Positions 50,249-59,626 of a DNA stretch of 64,000 nucleotides are shown piece by piece. The position numbers were made by a program, and so were the translations under genes. Source of the stretch: Myxococcota bacterium (GTDB lineage: Bacteria > Myxococcota > UBA4151); contig JAYZBQ010000048.1 in the NCBI GenBank assembly GCA_036338695.1, forward strand, positions 128,001 through 192,000. Reading direction: 5' to 3'. Each line of letters starts with the position of its first letter. Positions within the stretch are counted from its first letter, which is position 1. Under the pieces are notes generated by a model. It ran no database searches, was not told the origin of the DNA, and saw nothing but the letters and a program-made list of their open reading frames with translations.

Positions 50249-51237
50249 TACCCACCGCGCTCTGGATCGCCGCCTGGACCTGCTCCGCTTTTGAGCCGCC
50301 TGAGCTGGTCGGTCGTTTTCATGACCTGGCGATTGACGAAGCCTCCGGTCTGACTTTTCAAGCCTCGGGTGCTGGCTTTTGGACCCACAACGACTCAGGC
50401 GACGCAGCGCACCTCTATGCGCTCGACCTCGAGGGTAAGCCGCTCGGCATGATCGAGCTCGAAGACACCCTCGCTATCGACTTTGAGGATCTCAGCGCAG
50501 GCCCGTGCGGCGACGAACGCTGCCTCTACGTTGGGGACATCGGAGACAACGCAGCGCGACGAGATGCGATCACGGTTTATCGCCTGATCGAGCCCGAACC
50601 ACCCGGGCCGGGTCAGACCCTGACCCAACGTCCTGAGCGGCTGATCCTAAGCTATCCGGATGGACCCACCGACGCTGAGGGGCTGGCGGTCGATCCTCGA
50701 ACGGGAGATGTCCTGATCATCTCAAAAAACCGCGACGAACCCACGAGCGCGGTCTATCGCCTCGCAGCGAGCGCTTGGGAGCGATCAGCGCCTGTTGTGC
50801 TTGAACGGCTGGGTCAGATCGCCTGGCAAGGTGAGGGGCTCGCCGCCCAAGCGACGGCCGCCGAGATCGACCCAACCGGTACACACCTCTTCGTCCAAAC
50901 CTACACCCAAGGGCAGCGCATCAAGCTCGAGCGAACACAGGGCGTCATCGACCGTCTCGGCGATCGGGAACCCTTTACGCCGTGGAGCCTTGGTCAATGC
51001 GAGGCCATGACCATCAGCCTCGATGGCGCTGCGCTTTGGTTCACCTGCGAGTCATCACCTGCTCCCCTTGCGCGCGCTCGGTGCCTCAGCCAACCCAGCC
51101 CACCGACGACCCAGCCCACCCCACCGGAAGGGTGTTCGAGCTGCCACCAATTTGCCGCTTCGATCTGGGGCGCTCTTGCCATCATCGCTTTGCGGCGGCG
51201 CTCAAAGGGCGTACAAGGCAGGCGGAGGTCGATTTGA
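50245..51237 (+). CDS. Exported beta-propeller protein with MYXO-CTERM-like tail
   Basis: EASGL, WTHNDSG, DFEDL, LYVGDIGDN, DAEGL motifs. C-terminus GCSSC + TM + RRR. Confidence 0.8.
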   Translation: MIPTALWIAAWTCSAFEPPELVGRFHDLAIDEASGLTFQASGAGFWTHNDSGDAAHLYALDLEGKPLGMIELEDTLAIDFEDLSAGPCGDERCLYVGDIGDNAARRDAITVYRLIEPEPPGPGQTLTQRPERLILSYPDGPTDAEGLAVDPRTGDVLIISKNRDEPTSAVYRLAASAWERSAPVVLERLGQIAWQGEGLAAQATAAEIDPTGTHLFVQTYTQGQRIKLERTQGVIDRLGDREPFTPWSLGQCEAMTISLDGAALWFTCESSPAPLARARCLSQPSPPTTQPTPPEGCSSCHQFAASIWGALAIIALRRRSKGVQGRRRSI

Positions 51238-53150
51238 GCGTTCGATGGTCGGGACTCAACACCCGCTTCTCGCCAGGCGAAATTCTCGTCTTGCCCAAGC
51301 TCGAGGCGACCCCCAAAGAAGAGACCATCCGCATCTTGATCGCGGATGACGACCCGATGATTCCGGACATGCTGAGCGAGCGACTCCGGCTCAGCATCGG
51401 CGAAGACCGGGTCACCCTGCTCACGACCAACAGCGCCGAGAAGGCGCTTGCGCTCTTGTTTGAGCAGCCCGTCGACCTGCTCCTGACCGACTACGATTTT
51501 AGCCAAGGCGGCCGCGCCGAGGGGATGAACGGGCTCGCGCTCTTGCGCGCCATCGAGCAGCACCGCATCGTGGTCACGACCATCTTCATGACCGGTTTCG
51601 GCGACGAAGAGGTCGCGAAAAATGCGATCCTTGAAGGCGCCTCAGACTACCTGACCAAACCCGTCCTCAAAGGGCTCACACAGGTGGTCGAGCGCTGCAT
51701 CGAGCGCCACCAAGACAAGCTGCAGGTCGCCGCGCTGCGCAACGCCGCAACCTTGCTTGAGATCTCCGAGGCCCTGAACCAGCCGGGCGGACAAGGGCGT
51801 GGCGCTGAGCTGATTTTGGAGGCGAGCCTCAAAGCGATCGATTGCGACCTCGCCTGGGTGCGTATGACCAGCCCGATCGAAGGCGTCCCAGAGCTGCGGC
51901 GGGTCCTGACGAAGTCGAACGAAACGCCTCTGCCGGATGCGGGCGGCGAGCTGGCGGACGACCCGGCTGCGCGCTTCGCAACAGCCGACGAGATCGCCGC
52001 TCGATTTGGCGACCGCTCGCCGACGCGCCTGTGGATACGACCGCTGGTCATGCAGCGCTCTGAGCAAGGCGAGCAGAAGGTGATCGGTGAGCTCTGCGTC
52101 GCCTATTTTGAGCGCGGTCATCGCTTCCACCCGGGTCGTCAGCAGACGCTTGAGGTCTTGGCGCACCATACCGAAGGCCTGCTCACACAGCGCTTTCTAC
52201 GCCATGATCTTGAGCGGAGCTTCAGCCAAACGATCCAAGTGCTCGTCCAGGCGCTCGAGATGCATGACGAATACACCGCAGGCCACAGCGACTGGGTCGG
52301 GGTCTATGCTCGACTCGGCGGCCTGGCGCTCGGCTGGGATCGACGTGCGGTCGCACGCGCCGGGCACGCTGGGTTGCTTCATGACATCGGCAAGGTCCGG
52401 CTCGACTCGTCGATGATCAATCACCCCGGCAAACTGACCGATGAGCAGTTTGAACATTTTCGTGCCCACCCGGTCGTCGGCGCCGAGATGCTCAAACCCT
52501 TGACCAGCATGGAGGATATTCTGCCGGCCGTCTGCTGGCACCATGAGCGCTTTGAGGGTGGCGGCTACCCATCGGGCGTGGCGGCGTCGCTGCTGCCCCC
52601 CTTAGCCCGTCTCATGTGCATCGCCGACTCGTACGATGCGATGACCAGCCACCGAGCGTACCGCCGAGCTCGAAGCCACCACGAAGCGATCGCCGAGCTG
52701 CGCCAGTGCGCAGGGACCCAGTTTGACCCCGAGATGGTCGAGCCCTTTATCCTAGCGACCGCCGCCTTTCGAAGGATGCTCGGCGCCTGGGCGAGCGCCC
52801 TCATCCGTGAGCGCAAGATGATCGCACCTCAGGCGCTGGAGTCAGCGCTCGCCGGGCTCTTTGATACCCCCTTCAGCGATCACGAGCTCGGGCTCGACGT
52901 CTCGCAGCCTGTAGGAACCCACGAGGGATCGGTCGAGACGTCGCTCCCCTTCGACCTCGAAGACCTCGCGCAGGTGTTCTTTAGCTTGGAGTCGAGCCTT
53001 GAGCAGGCAGCGGCGCTTTTCCTCGCATCGAGCGGCGACGCGCCGAGCGCAACCGAGCTGATCCAACGCCTCGAAGAAGGCGCCCAACGCAGCGACCAAC
53101 GCATCGAGCGATTGATCGCCGAGGTCTACTCGGAGCATCGCCCTGAGTAG
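51234..53150 (+). CDS. Response regulator with GAF-like and HD-GYP phosphodiesterase domains
   Basis: ILIADDD...LTD...MTG...KP receiver. HDEYTAGHS, HDIGK, HHERFEGGGYP, ADSYDAM, GTQFDP. TTG start with GGAGG RBS overlapping the upstream stop. Confidence 0.9.
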   Translation: MSVRWSGLNTRFSPGEILVLPKLEATPKEETIRILIADDDPMIPDMLSERLRLSIGEDRVTLLTTNSAEKALALLFEQPVDLLLTDYDFSQGGRAEGMNGLALLRAIEQHRIVVTTIFMTGFGDEEVAKNAILEGASDYLTKPVLKGLTQVVERCIERHQDKLQVAALRNAATLLEISEALNQPGGQGRGAELILEASLKAIDCDLAWVRMTSPIEGVPELRRVLTKSNETPLPDAGGELADDPAARFATADEIAARFGDRSPTRLWIRPLVMQRSEQGEQKVIGELCVAYFERGHRFHPGRQQTLEVLAHHTEGLLTQRFLRHDLERSFSQTIQVLVQALEMHDEYTAGHSDWVGVYARLGGLALGWDRRAVARAGHAGLLHDIGKVRLDSSMINHPGKLTDEQFEHFRAHPVVGAEMLKPLTSMEDILPAVCWHHERFEGGGYPSGVAASLLPPLARLMCIADSYDAMTSHRAYRRARSHHEAIAELRQCAGTQFDPEMVEPFILATAAFRRMLGAWASALIRERKMIAPQALESALAGLFDTPFSDHELGLDVSQPVGTHEGSVETSLPFDLEDLAQVFFSLESSLEQAAALFLASSGDAPSATELIQRLEEGAQRSDQRIERLIAEVYSEHRPE

Positions 53151-53253
53151 CAGCGCGAGCGACCGCCTCATCCTCCTGGATGCGTATCAACGCGCCGCGC
53201 GCCTCGGCTGTGAGACGCAGTGGTACGCCGACCTCCTACAGAGCGATCCGCTC

Positions 53254-53877
53254 ATGGAGGTCCTTACCCCCGCACAGAGCTGGCCCCACGCTGCGCTCAC
53301 GCTCGTTGGGAGCGAACTCCTGGCTGCGTTTCGTCCCTACCCGCGCGATCTGGCGACCCAGTTGTTGCCACCTGGCGCCAACGACCGTGACCTTGAGGTC
53401 GCCGCTGAGCATCTGATCGCAGCGCACCCAGAGCTACTCGCTGAGCGGCTCGAGCAGGAGCGCCGGTACGGCATTGATTTTGCGCCAGAGGGGCATGCTC
53501 ATCTGTCAGGGCAAGCGCTCGACCGCAGCGGCTTGGCGTCCTGTCTCAGGACCCTCTGGGTGAGCAGAAAAGCGCCGGAGACCTTGATCGGCTTTGCGTC
53601 GCTAGCGGACGCACAAGCTGGTCAGGTTTCGAGCGATTGGATCCTCATCCATGACCCACACGCGCCGGACCGGCTTCCGCGGTCGCTGACCTGCCCGCAC
53701 ACGCAGCGCACCCTCTCGCTCGCCGGTTCCGATCGAACGCAGCTGATCGATCGAACGCGCCCGCCCCTGTATCAGCTCTGGTCGTGGCTGGAGCCCTGCG
53801 TCGAGGCAGGTGGAAAGGTCCTGATCGGCAACGACCGAGAGACACTGCTCAAGGCTTGGGCGAAGGCTTGGTTTTAG
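53254..53877 (+). CDS. Hypothetical protein
   Basis: 207-aa ORF filling the gap, protein-like composition. No family recognised. Confidence 0.5.
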   Translation: MEVLTPAQSWPHAALTLVGSELLAAFRPYPRDLATQLLPPGANDRDLEVAAEHLIAAHPELLAERLEQERRYGIDFAPEGHAHLSGQALDRSGLASCLRTLWVSRKAPETLIGFASLADAQAGQVSSDWILIHDPHAPDRLPRSLTCPHTQRTLSLAGSDRTQLIDRTRPPLYQLWSWLEPCVEAGGKVLIGNDRETLLKAWAKAWF

Positions 53878-55397
53878 CGGGCGGTCACCTCGGCCACCAC
53901 CCGGCGGATCACCGTCACGTCGATCGTGCCCGGATAGGTGAGTTCACCCTCGATCCGCTCTTTCATCGAACCTGCGAGCCGCTCCATCTCTTCAGGGCTC
54001 ACCTTGACGCGCCGGCCGCTGCGATCTTTCATCGCAAGCAGGACGCGCAGCTCTCGCCCGCCCCGCACGGTGTACGCGTTCTCGACCTTGTGCGGCTGAC
54101 GACCGATGCGCTCTAAATCGCGCACCAGGGTCTCGTGATGTTCACCGCCTTGCACGCGCGCCCCCGGGCGAGCACCCGAGATGGCGTCACCCGCAGCGAC
54201 CAGAAAAGGCTCAAGACCGATGGGTGGTTCATCGCCGTGGTGTGCGCCGATGCAGCTCGCTACTCGGTCGTCCTCGTCCTCGGCTCGCGCCACCTCAGCG
54301 CCGAGCACGGCGTGCCCCCCCTCGACCTCGTGCGTCATCGATTTGCCGATGTCGTGCATCAAGCCGCCGCGCCGAGCGACCTGAGGATCAAGGTCAAGCT
54401 CCCAGGCGAGCATCCCGGATAAAAATCCGACCTCTGCGGCATGCCGCCACTGGTTCTGGCGATACGAGTGACGGTAACGCAGTCGATCAAGCAATCGCCG
54501 GCGCTCACCGGTCACCGCGCCCGCGCCGAGCTCCTCGATCGACCGCTGTGAGCAGTCATAGGACTCCCGGCGCATCGCCTCACTGATCGTCTTTTTCAAA
54601 CCGAGGAAGACCTTTGCGTCCACCGGACCTCGCAGCATTTTGGTCAAAATTCTCTGGCTCGTCTCTTTCATCAACGGGTCGGCGCCGCGGATCGAGATCA
54701 TGTCCTCACGATCGGTCGTCTCGAGCGTCATCCCGAGCTCCGCCTCAAACGTCTCGCTCAGCGCCAACAAAGCCTCGCGACGCTCTGCGTCTTCGACCCG
54801 GATGGACGACCTGAGGCGGTCGACCGCGTGACTCTCGTTGTAACGCTGGACGCCCAGCGTGATCAGCTTACGGGCTTCATTCTCCACGTCGAGCTCGAGG
54901 CGAGTCCGCTGCTCGCGCTCCCGGCGAACCGAGCGGTCCTGCTCATGATCAACGAGGCGATGCGTCAGGCCGACGACGAACTCATCGGGCTCGACCTCGG
55001 TCATAGCGATCAGGCGCTCGGTCATCTCCTGGCGCGCCACATCGAGCCGCTTCGACGTACCGGAGCAGCGGTCTTGCAAGCTCTGAACGCGGCGGCGCTT
55101 GGCGTCGACGGCGCTCCGCGTCGCCTCGGTGTGCTGCACATCGACCGGGTCGAGGACAAGGTGCTCGAGCTCAGCGCGAAGGCGCTCAACCTGGCTCTGG
55201 CGTTGCTTCAGCTCTTTGCGCCGACGACGGAGACGAAATCGCCACTTACGCTGAATCCGCCGACGGAGCGCTCGCTCCGCCTCTTGGTACTCGCCGAGGG
55301 CTTCATCCCCCTCGTCAAAGGCCTCGCCCGAGCGCATCATCATCCCAAGCGCCAACCCGACACCCAGGGCGACCCCACCTGTCAGAAACAACACCAT
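53874..55397 (-). CDS. rny: Ribonuclease Y homologue (divergent KH region)
   Basis: N-terminal TM + coiled coil, LRYRHSYRQN..H, GLMHDIGKS, GGHA, HH, AGDAISGARPGAR, GRELRV, IEGELTYPGTIDVTVIR. Confidence 0.85.
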   Translation of the reverse strand: MVLFLTGGVALGVGLALGMMMRSGEAFDEGDEALGEYQEAERALRRRIQRKWRFRLRRRRKELKQRQSQVERLRAELEHLVLDPVDVQHTEATRSAVDAKRRRVQSLQDRCSGTSKRLDVARQEMTERLIAMTEVEPDEFVVGLTHRLVDHEQDRSVRREREQRTRLELDVENEARKLITLGVQRYNESHAVDRLRSSIRVEDAERREALLALSETFEAELGMTLETTDREDMISIRGADPLMKETSQRILTKMLRGPVDAKVFLGLKKTISEAMRRESYDCSQRSIEELGAGAVTGERRRLLDRLRYRHSYRQNQWRHAAEVGFLSGMLAWELDLDPQVARRGGLMHDIGKSMTHEVEGGHAVLGAEVARAEDEDDRVASCIGAHHGDEPPIGLEPFLVAAGDAISGARPGARVQGGEHHETLVRDLERIGRQPHKVENAYTVRGGRELRVLLAMKDRSGRRVKVSPEEMERLAGSMKERIEGELTYPGTIDVTVIRRVVAEVTAR

Positions 55398-58300
55398 CAG
55401 TCCTCATCGGTCAGTACCGGTGGTAAATCGTCGCTGAACTCGTCCTCCGGCGCAAGGGCCGTTTCGTCCTGTGCGTCGGCGGCTGCTTCAGCGGGTCCAG
55501 GCTCGGTGCGGTGCGTCTCGACCACCACAGGTGCTGGCGCAGTAGTTGCCTCGACCGCTGGCTCAGGCTCCGCGAGCACCTCGACGATCTCAGGCAGCAG
55601 CGTCAGATCGGCGGCTGCCGACCTCGGCGTTGGCTTGGGCAGTTTGGGTCGCGGTGTGGGCTGAGGTATTGCGGGCACTTGGTCAAGAATCTCGACGGAG
55701 CCGCTGCCCGCCTCATCGGCGTTGGCATCCGCTGCGCTCTCATCGCCTTGAAACACACCCATCTTCTCGAGCGTCTTGCGCATCTTAGACATCACTTGAT
55801 GCGCCTTACGCAGCCGCTCGTTGCTCTCCTTGAGGAGCCGCTCGCGGCGATGCCGCTCGGCGCTCAGTTGACGACGAAGCTCGCCCACCTCCTCGGGTTC
55901 GGCGACCGGCTGCGGGAGTTGACTGAGCTGGAGGTCACGCGTCGTCGACGCAAGCCGCTCCTCCACCTGCGAAAGCTGGTCACGCATGGCGCGATCCGCG
56001 CTCTGCGCGTCCTGTCTCGACGCCGCAAGCTCTTCTTTGAGCGCGGCGAGCTCGGCGACCTTTGAGCGCACTTTCACCTCGGCGGTCTCGAGCCGCTCGC
56101 GTAGGCGACTCACCTCGAGCTCATGCACCTCAGCCTGACGCTTGGCGAGACGCGCGGGTTCGGCGTGACTGCGCTGAAGCTCCTCGATGCGACGCTGCGC
56201 CTCGGCGAGCTCCTGCTCTTTACCGTTGAGTCGGCCGTGCATCTCGTCCAGACGACCTCGCACGTCGGTGACCAGCTGCTCGCGCGCCTGGCGGAACTGT
56301 TTGAACTGCGCCTCAAGCTGACCTCGGTCCTCTTGGTATTGCGCCATCGCCGAGCGCTGGTGACGCAGATCCTCCTCGGTGCTGCGGAGGTTGCTGCGAA
56401 GCTCTTTGATCAGGTCGGCCTGCTGCGCCTGCTCATCGCCACGCTTTTGGAGGTCATCGAGCAGCTCCGCGACCCGCTGCTGACCTTCTTCGGCTTGATG
56501 CTCGACCTCGCTCAGGGCCTGCTGTCGGGCGGCCAGCGCCACCTGCAGCTGACCGAGCTCGTCGCGATGCGCATCGCCTTGCCGCTGCAGCTCTTGATCG
56601 AGTTGACGCGCCCGCTCGGCGTCGACCTCAAGCGCCTGGATCCGCTCATGAGCGGCTCTCAAGCGTTCATCGAGACCTTCTGTGCGCGCCTCCTCGGCTG
56701 CCACTTTCTTGCGAAGATCGGCGACGGATTGGCGCTGCTCATCGGCCTGCGTCTGCGCCACCGTCGTCGCCTTCTCGGACTGACTCAGGCGCTCGTTCAG
56801 GTCGCTGCGCTGATGGCTCACTTCCGCAAGTTTACTCTCAAGCTCTTCCACGCGGCGACCAAGCGACTCGTTCTCCGCACGCGCTTGACCCAGCTCGTCG
56901 CGCGCCACTTGCGCCTGCTCACGGCTCGATGCGAGCTCACCTTCACGGCTCTCGATGGCGCTGCGTGCACGGTCAAGCTGTCCTTGAAGCCCACGATGGC
57001 GACCGTCGAGCTCAGCGAGCTGTTCGCGCTGCTGACGCGCCTCGTCGAGCTGAAGGTCATGTTTCGAGCGCAGGCTGTCGAGCTCATGCGTGACCTGATC
57101 TCGTTCGCTCTGCGCCGCGCGCAGGCTCTGCCGAAGGTCTTCGGATTCGACCTCGCGCCCCGCGAGCTCTTCTTCGAGCTCTCGGCGCTGGCTGCGCTGC
57201 TCTTCGAGCTCACCTTGCGAGCGTTGGTGCTCAGACTGGACAAAATTGAGCTGCTTCTCGAGATCGCTGATCTGGCTCTCGCTCTGCGCAAGCTCGGCGC
57301 GCAGCTCGATCAAGGCCTGCTCCTGCTCTCGCTGGTGTTCCTGCGCGCGCGCCAGCTCGTCGCCCTGACCGTCAAGCTGACCGCGTAAGCGCTCAACATC
57401 GGCTAGCAAGCTCTCGGCTTTGCCCTCCACCGAAGCGCAGCGCTCTTTCCAATCGTGAGCCTGAGCTTGAGTCTGCTCCAAGGCGGTCTCAAGCCCCGCG
57501 ACCGTGCTGCCGAGCTCGTTGATCGTCTCATCGCGCCCGCCCAGGTCTTCTTCGATGCTCTCAATGTGTCGCTGCCGCGCCTCAAGGTCGCTGCGGTATT
57601 CAGCGATCTGCTGGCGGTGCTCCTGCGCCTGGCGCTCGATCTGATCGACGGCTTGCTCTCGGCCTTCCGCGGCGCTGCGCAGGCGCCCCTTCAAGTCGGC
57701 CTCGAGCGCTTTCGCTGCGGCGTTGCGTTGAGCCGACTCGTCGAGCCGCTCGCGCAGCGTGTTCATCGCCGCCTCATGTGCCTGCTGGAGCTCCTCAATC
57801 TGACGGCGCAGGGCGCTGATCTCGTCGCGGCGCTCTTGCTCGCGCTGTTGATGATCAACGACGGCACGTTGCGCCGCATCCCGCTCGCGCTGGAGGGTCT
57901 CGTCTTGACCTTCGATGCGCGCCTCGGCGCTGGCAAGCTTTCGCGTCAAGAGCGCGATCTCCTCGCGCAGGCGCTCTTCACGAAGCTCGGCTTGGTTGCC
58001 GCGATCCTCGATCTCGGTCACCAGCTGCGCCACCTCTTGGCGCGCCTCACCAAGCTGCGCCGCCTGACGCTCAAGTTCGGTCTCCAAACGAGTTCGCGTC
58101 GCGATCAGCTCCTCGCGTCGCTCCGCCAGGCTCGCCTCGAGTGAGCTCCTCTGAGACTCGAGGCTCTCAACGTGAACCCGAGCTTCATCGTCTGCGGCGC
58201 GTCGCTCCCCCTGCTCGTGGCGGAGCTGCGCGTCGAGCTCGGCGATGCGCGCAGCGCGCTCTTCTTTGAGCGTCTGCCACTGCTCCTCAGCGGCCTCATG

Positions 58301-59512
58301 CGCCGTCTGCTGAGCCTGAATCTGCTCCTCAAGCTGCGCTCTCAAGGCGCTCGCCGCGCTGATCTGACTCGATCGATCCGCCATCTGATCTGCGAGGCTG
58401 TCGATCTTCGAGTTCAGATCGGCGATGGTCGCTTGGTGGGTGTTGAGTTGATCGCGCTGCTCGGCGATCTTTTTCTCCGCGTCGTCGAGGTGTCCTTTGA
58501 GCGCTTGCTCTGTCGCCTGTTGCTCTTCTTTGAGCGCCTGAGCTGCGCTGCGCTGCTCTTCGCGGGCTTGGCGCTGCTCGGAGATCAGCTGGCTGCGCGC
58601 CTCCTCGGCGAGCTCGAGCTCCCGGCTGAGCTGGGCGATCTCGGTGTCCCGGCGCTCACGCTCAATCCGCGCTCGATCGCGCGCCCTCTCAAGGTCACCG
58701 CTGACCTCTCGTAACCGCTCCTCAAGCTCAGCGCGCAGCGCGCCGCTCGCCTCAAGCTCGCTGCGCCCCTGCACCTCCACCGTCTCGAGCTCCTGCTTGA
58801 GCCGATCGTAGTCGTGACGGAGCCGCTCGAGATCGACGTCCTTTTGGCGAAGGCTTCCGTCCGCTTTGCGCAGCGCCGTCTCACGCTCACGCCATGCTCT
58901 TCGCATCTTTGCGAGCTCGTCTTCCTGACCTCGAAGTCGCTCACGCAGCAGCTCGACCCGGCGGTCTGAGTCGCCCACGAACAGTTCATCGTCGAGCTCC
59001 GCAGCGCTCGGCGCGGGGAGTTCGCTCAGGGACGCAGGCTCCGGCAGCTCAGCCTCGACCTCGACGGGATCATTCACCGCCTGATGTTGGGCGGGTGGAA
59101 CCGACTTATGGTCTGCGGGTCGCTGAGTCAGCTGCTCGATCGCAGCCTCCGTGAGTTCTTCAGGCTCTGGCCACGTCCTAAAATAAGCATCCACGCTTCC
59201 CTTTGCCTCCCGGTGTTTTTCGATCGCTTCATCCGTGAGCTGATCCACCAACAAAAAACAGCTGGGGCGGCGCTGCCCCAGCTCCTCAAGCAGCCGATTG
59301 CAGACCATCAACCCGCCTGGGCCGCGCCGATGCTGGCGGACCAAAACCAGGTCAAAGCCGCCGGCGACGAGGCGGTCAATCGGGTCCTCCTCCTCAAAGA
59401 AGTGGACCTCGATGCGACCGTCGCGCAGGCGGCTCGCCAACGCGTTCGCTTCGTGTTCATCGGACTCGACGATTGCGAGTTTCCAGCGTTCAGGTCGCAT
59501 GGCTTGGGTCAT
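55397..59512 (-). CDS. Pseudo-receiver + ~1000-aa coiled-coil protein (FrzS/AglZ-like architecture)
   Basis: KLAIVESD...FDLVLVR...GLMVCNRL receiver fold with Arg at the acceptor site, a very long E/Q/R/L heptad region, and a Pro/acidic tail. Confidence 0.8.
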   Translation of the reverse strand: MTQAMRPERWKLAIVESDEHEANALASRLRDGRIEVHFFEEEDPIDRLVAGGFDLVLVRQHRRGPGGLMVCNRLLEELGQRRPSCFLLVDQLTDEAIEKHREAKGSVDAYFRTWPEPEELTEAAIEQLTQRPADHKSVPPAQHQAVNDPVEVEAELPEPASLSELPAPSAAELDDELFVGDSDRRVELLRERLRGQEDELAKMRRAWRERETALRKADGSLRQKDVDLERLRHDYDRLKQELETVEVQGRSELEASGALRAELEERLREVSGDLERARDRARIERERRDTEIAQLSRELELAEEARSQLISEQRQAREEQRSAAQALKEEQQATEQALKGHLDDAEKKIAEQRDQLNTHQATIADLNSKIDSLADQMADRSSQISAASALRAQLEEQIQAQQTAHEAAEEQWQTLKEERAARIAELDAQLRHEQGERRAADDEARVHVESLESQRSSLEASLAERREELIATRTRLETELERQAAQLGEARQEVAQLVTEIEDRGNQAELREERLREEIALLTRKLASAEARIEGQDETLQRERDAAQRAVVDHQQREQERRDEISALRRQIEELQQAHEAAMNTLRERLDESAQRNAAAKALEADLKGRLRSAAEGREQAVDQIERQAQEHRQQIAEYRSDLEARQRHIESIEEDLGGRDETINELGSTVAGLETALEQTQAQAHDWKERCASVEGKAESLLADVERLRGQLDGQGDELARAQEHQREQEQALIELRAELAQSESQISDLEKQLNFVQSEHQRSQGELEEQRSQRRELEEELAGREVESEDLRQSLRAAQSERDQVTHELDSLRSKHDLQLDEARQQREQLAELDGRHRGLQGQLDRARSAIESREGELASSREQAQVARDELGQARAENESLGRRVEELESKLAEVSHQRSDLNERLSQSEKATTVAQTQADEQRQSVADLRKKVAAEEARTEGLDERLRAAHERIQALEVDAERARQLDQELQRQGDAHRDELGQLQVALAARQQALSEVEHQAEEGQQRVAELLDDLQKRGDEQAQQADLIKELRSNLRSTEEDLRHQRSAMAQYQEDRGQLEAQFKQFRQAREQLVTDVRGRLDEMHGRLNGKEQELAEAQRRIEELQRSHAEPARLAKRQAEVHELEVSRLRERLETAEVKVRSKVAELAALKEELAASRQDAQSADRAMRDQLSQVEERLASTTRDLQLSQLPQPVAEPEEVGELRRQLSAERHRRERLLKESNERLRKAHQVMSKMRKTLEKMGVFQGDESAADANADEAGSGSVEILDQVPAIPQPTPRPKLPKPTPRSAAADLTLLPEIVEVLAEPEPAVEATTAPAPVVVETHRTEPGPAEAAADAQDETALAPEDEFSDDLPPVLTDED

Positions 59513-59626
59513 CTTCTACTCTGCCTGATGCTGTCTTAACGCATACGCTATCGGTCGTCAGGTTTTCACACCTCTTTCGTGACCGGGTTTGCTTTGGTAC
59601 CCGGAGGTAAGAGGCGGAGGTCGAAC

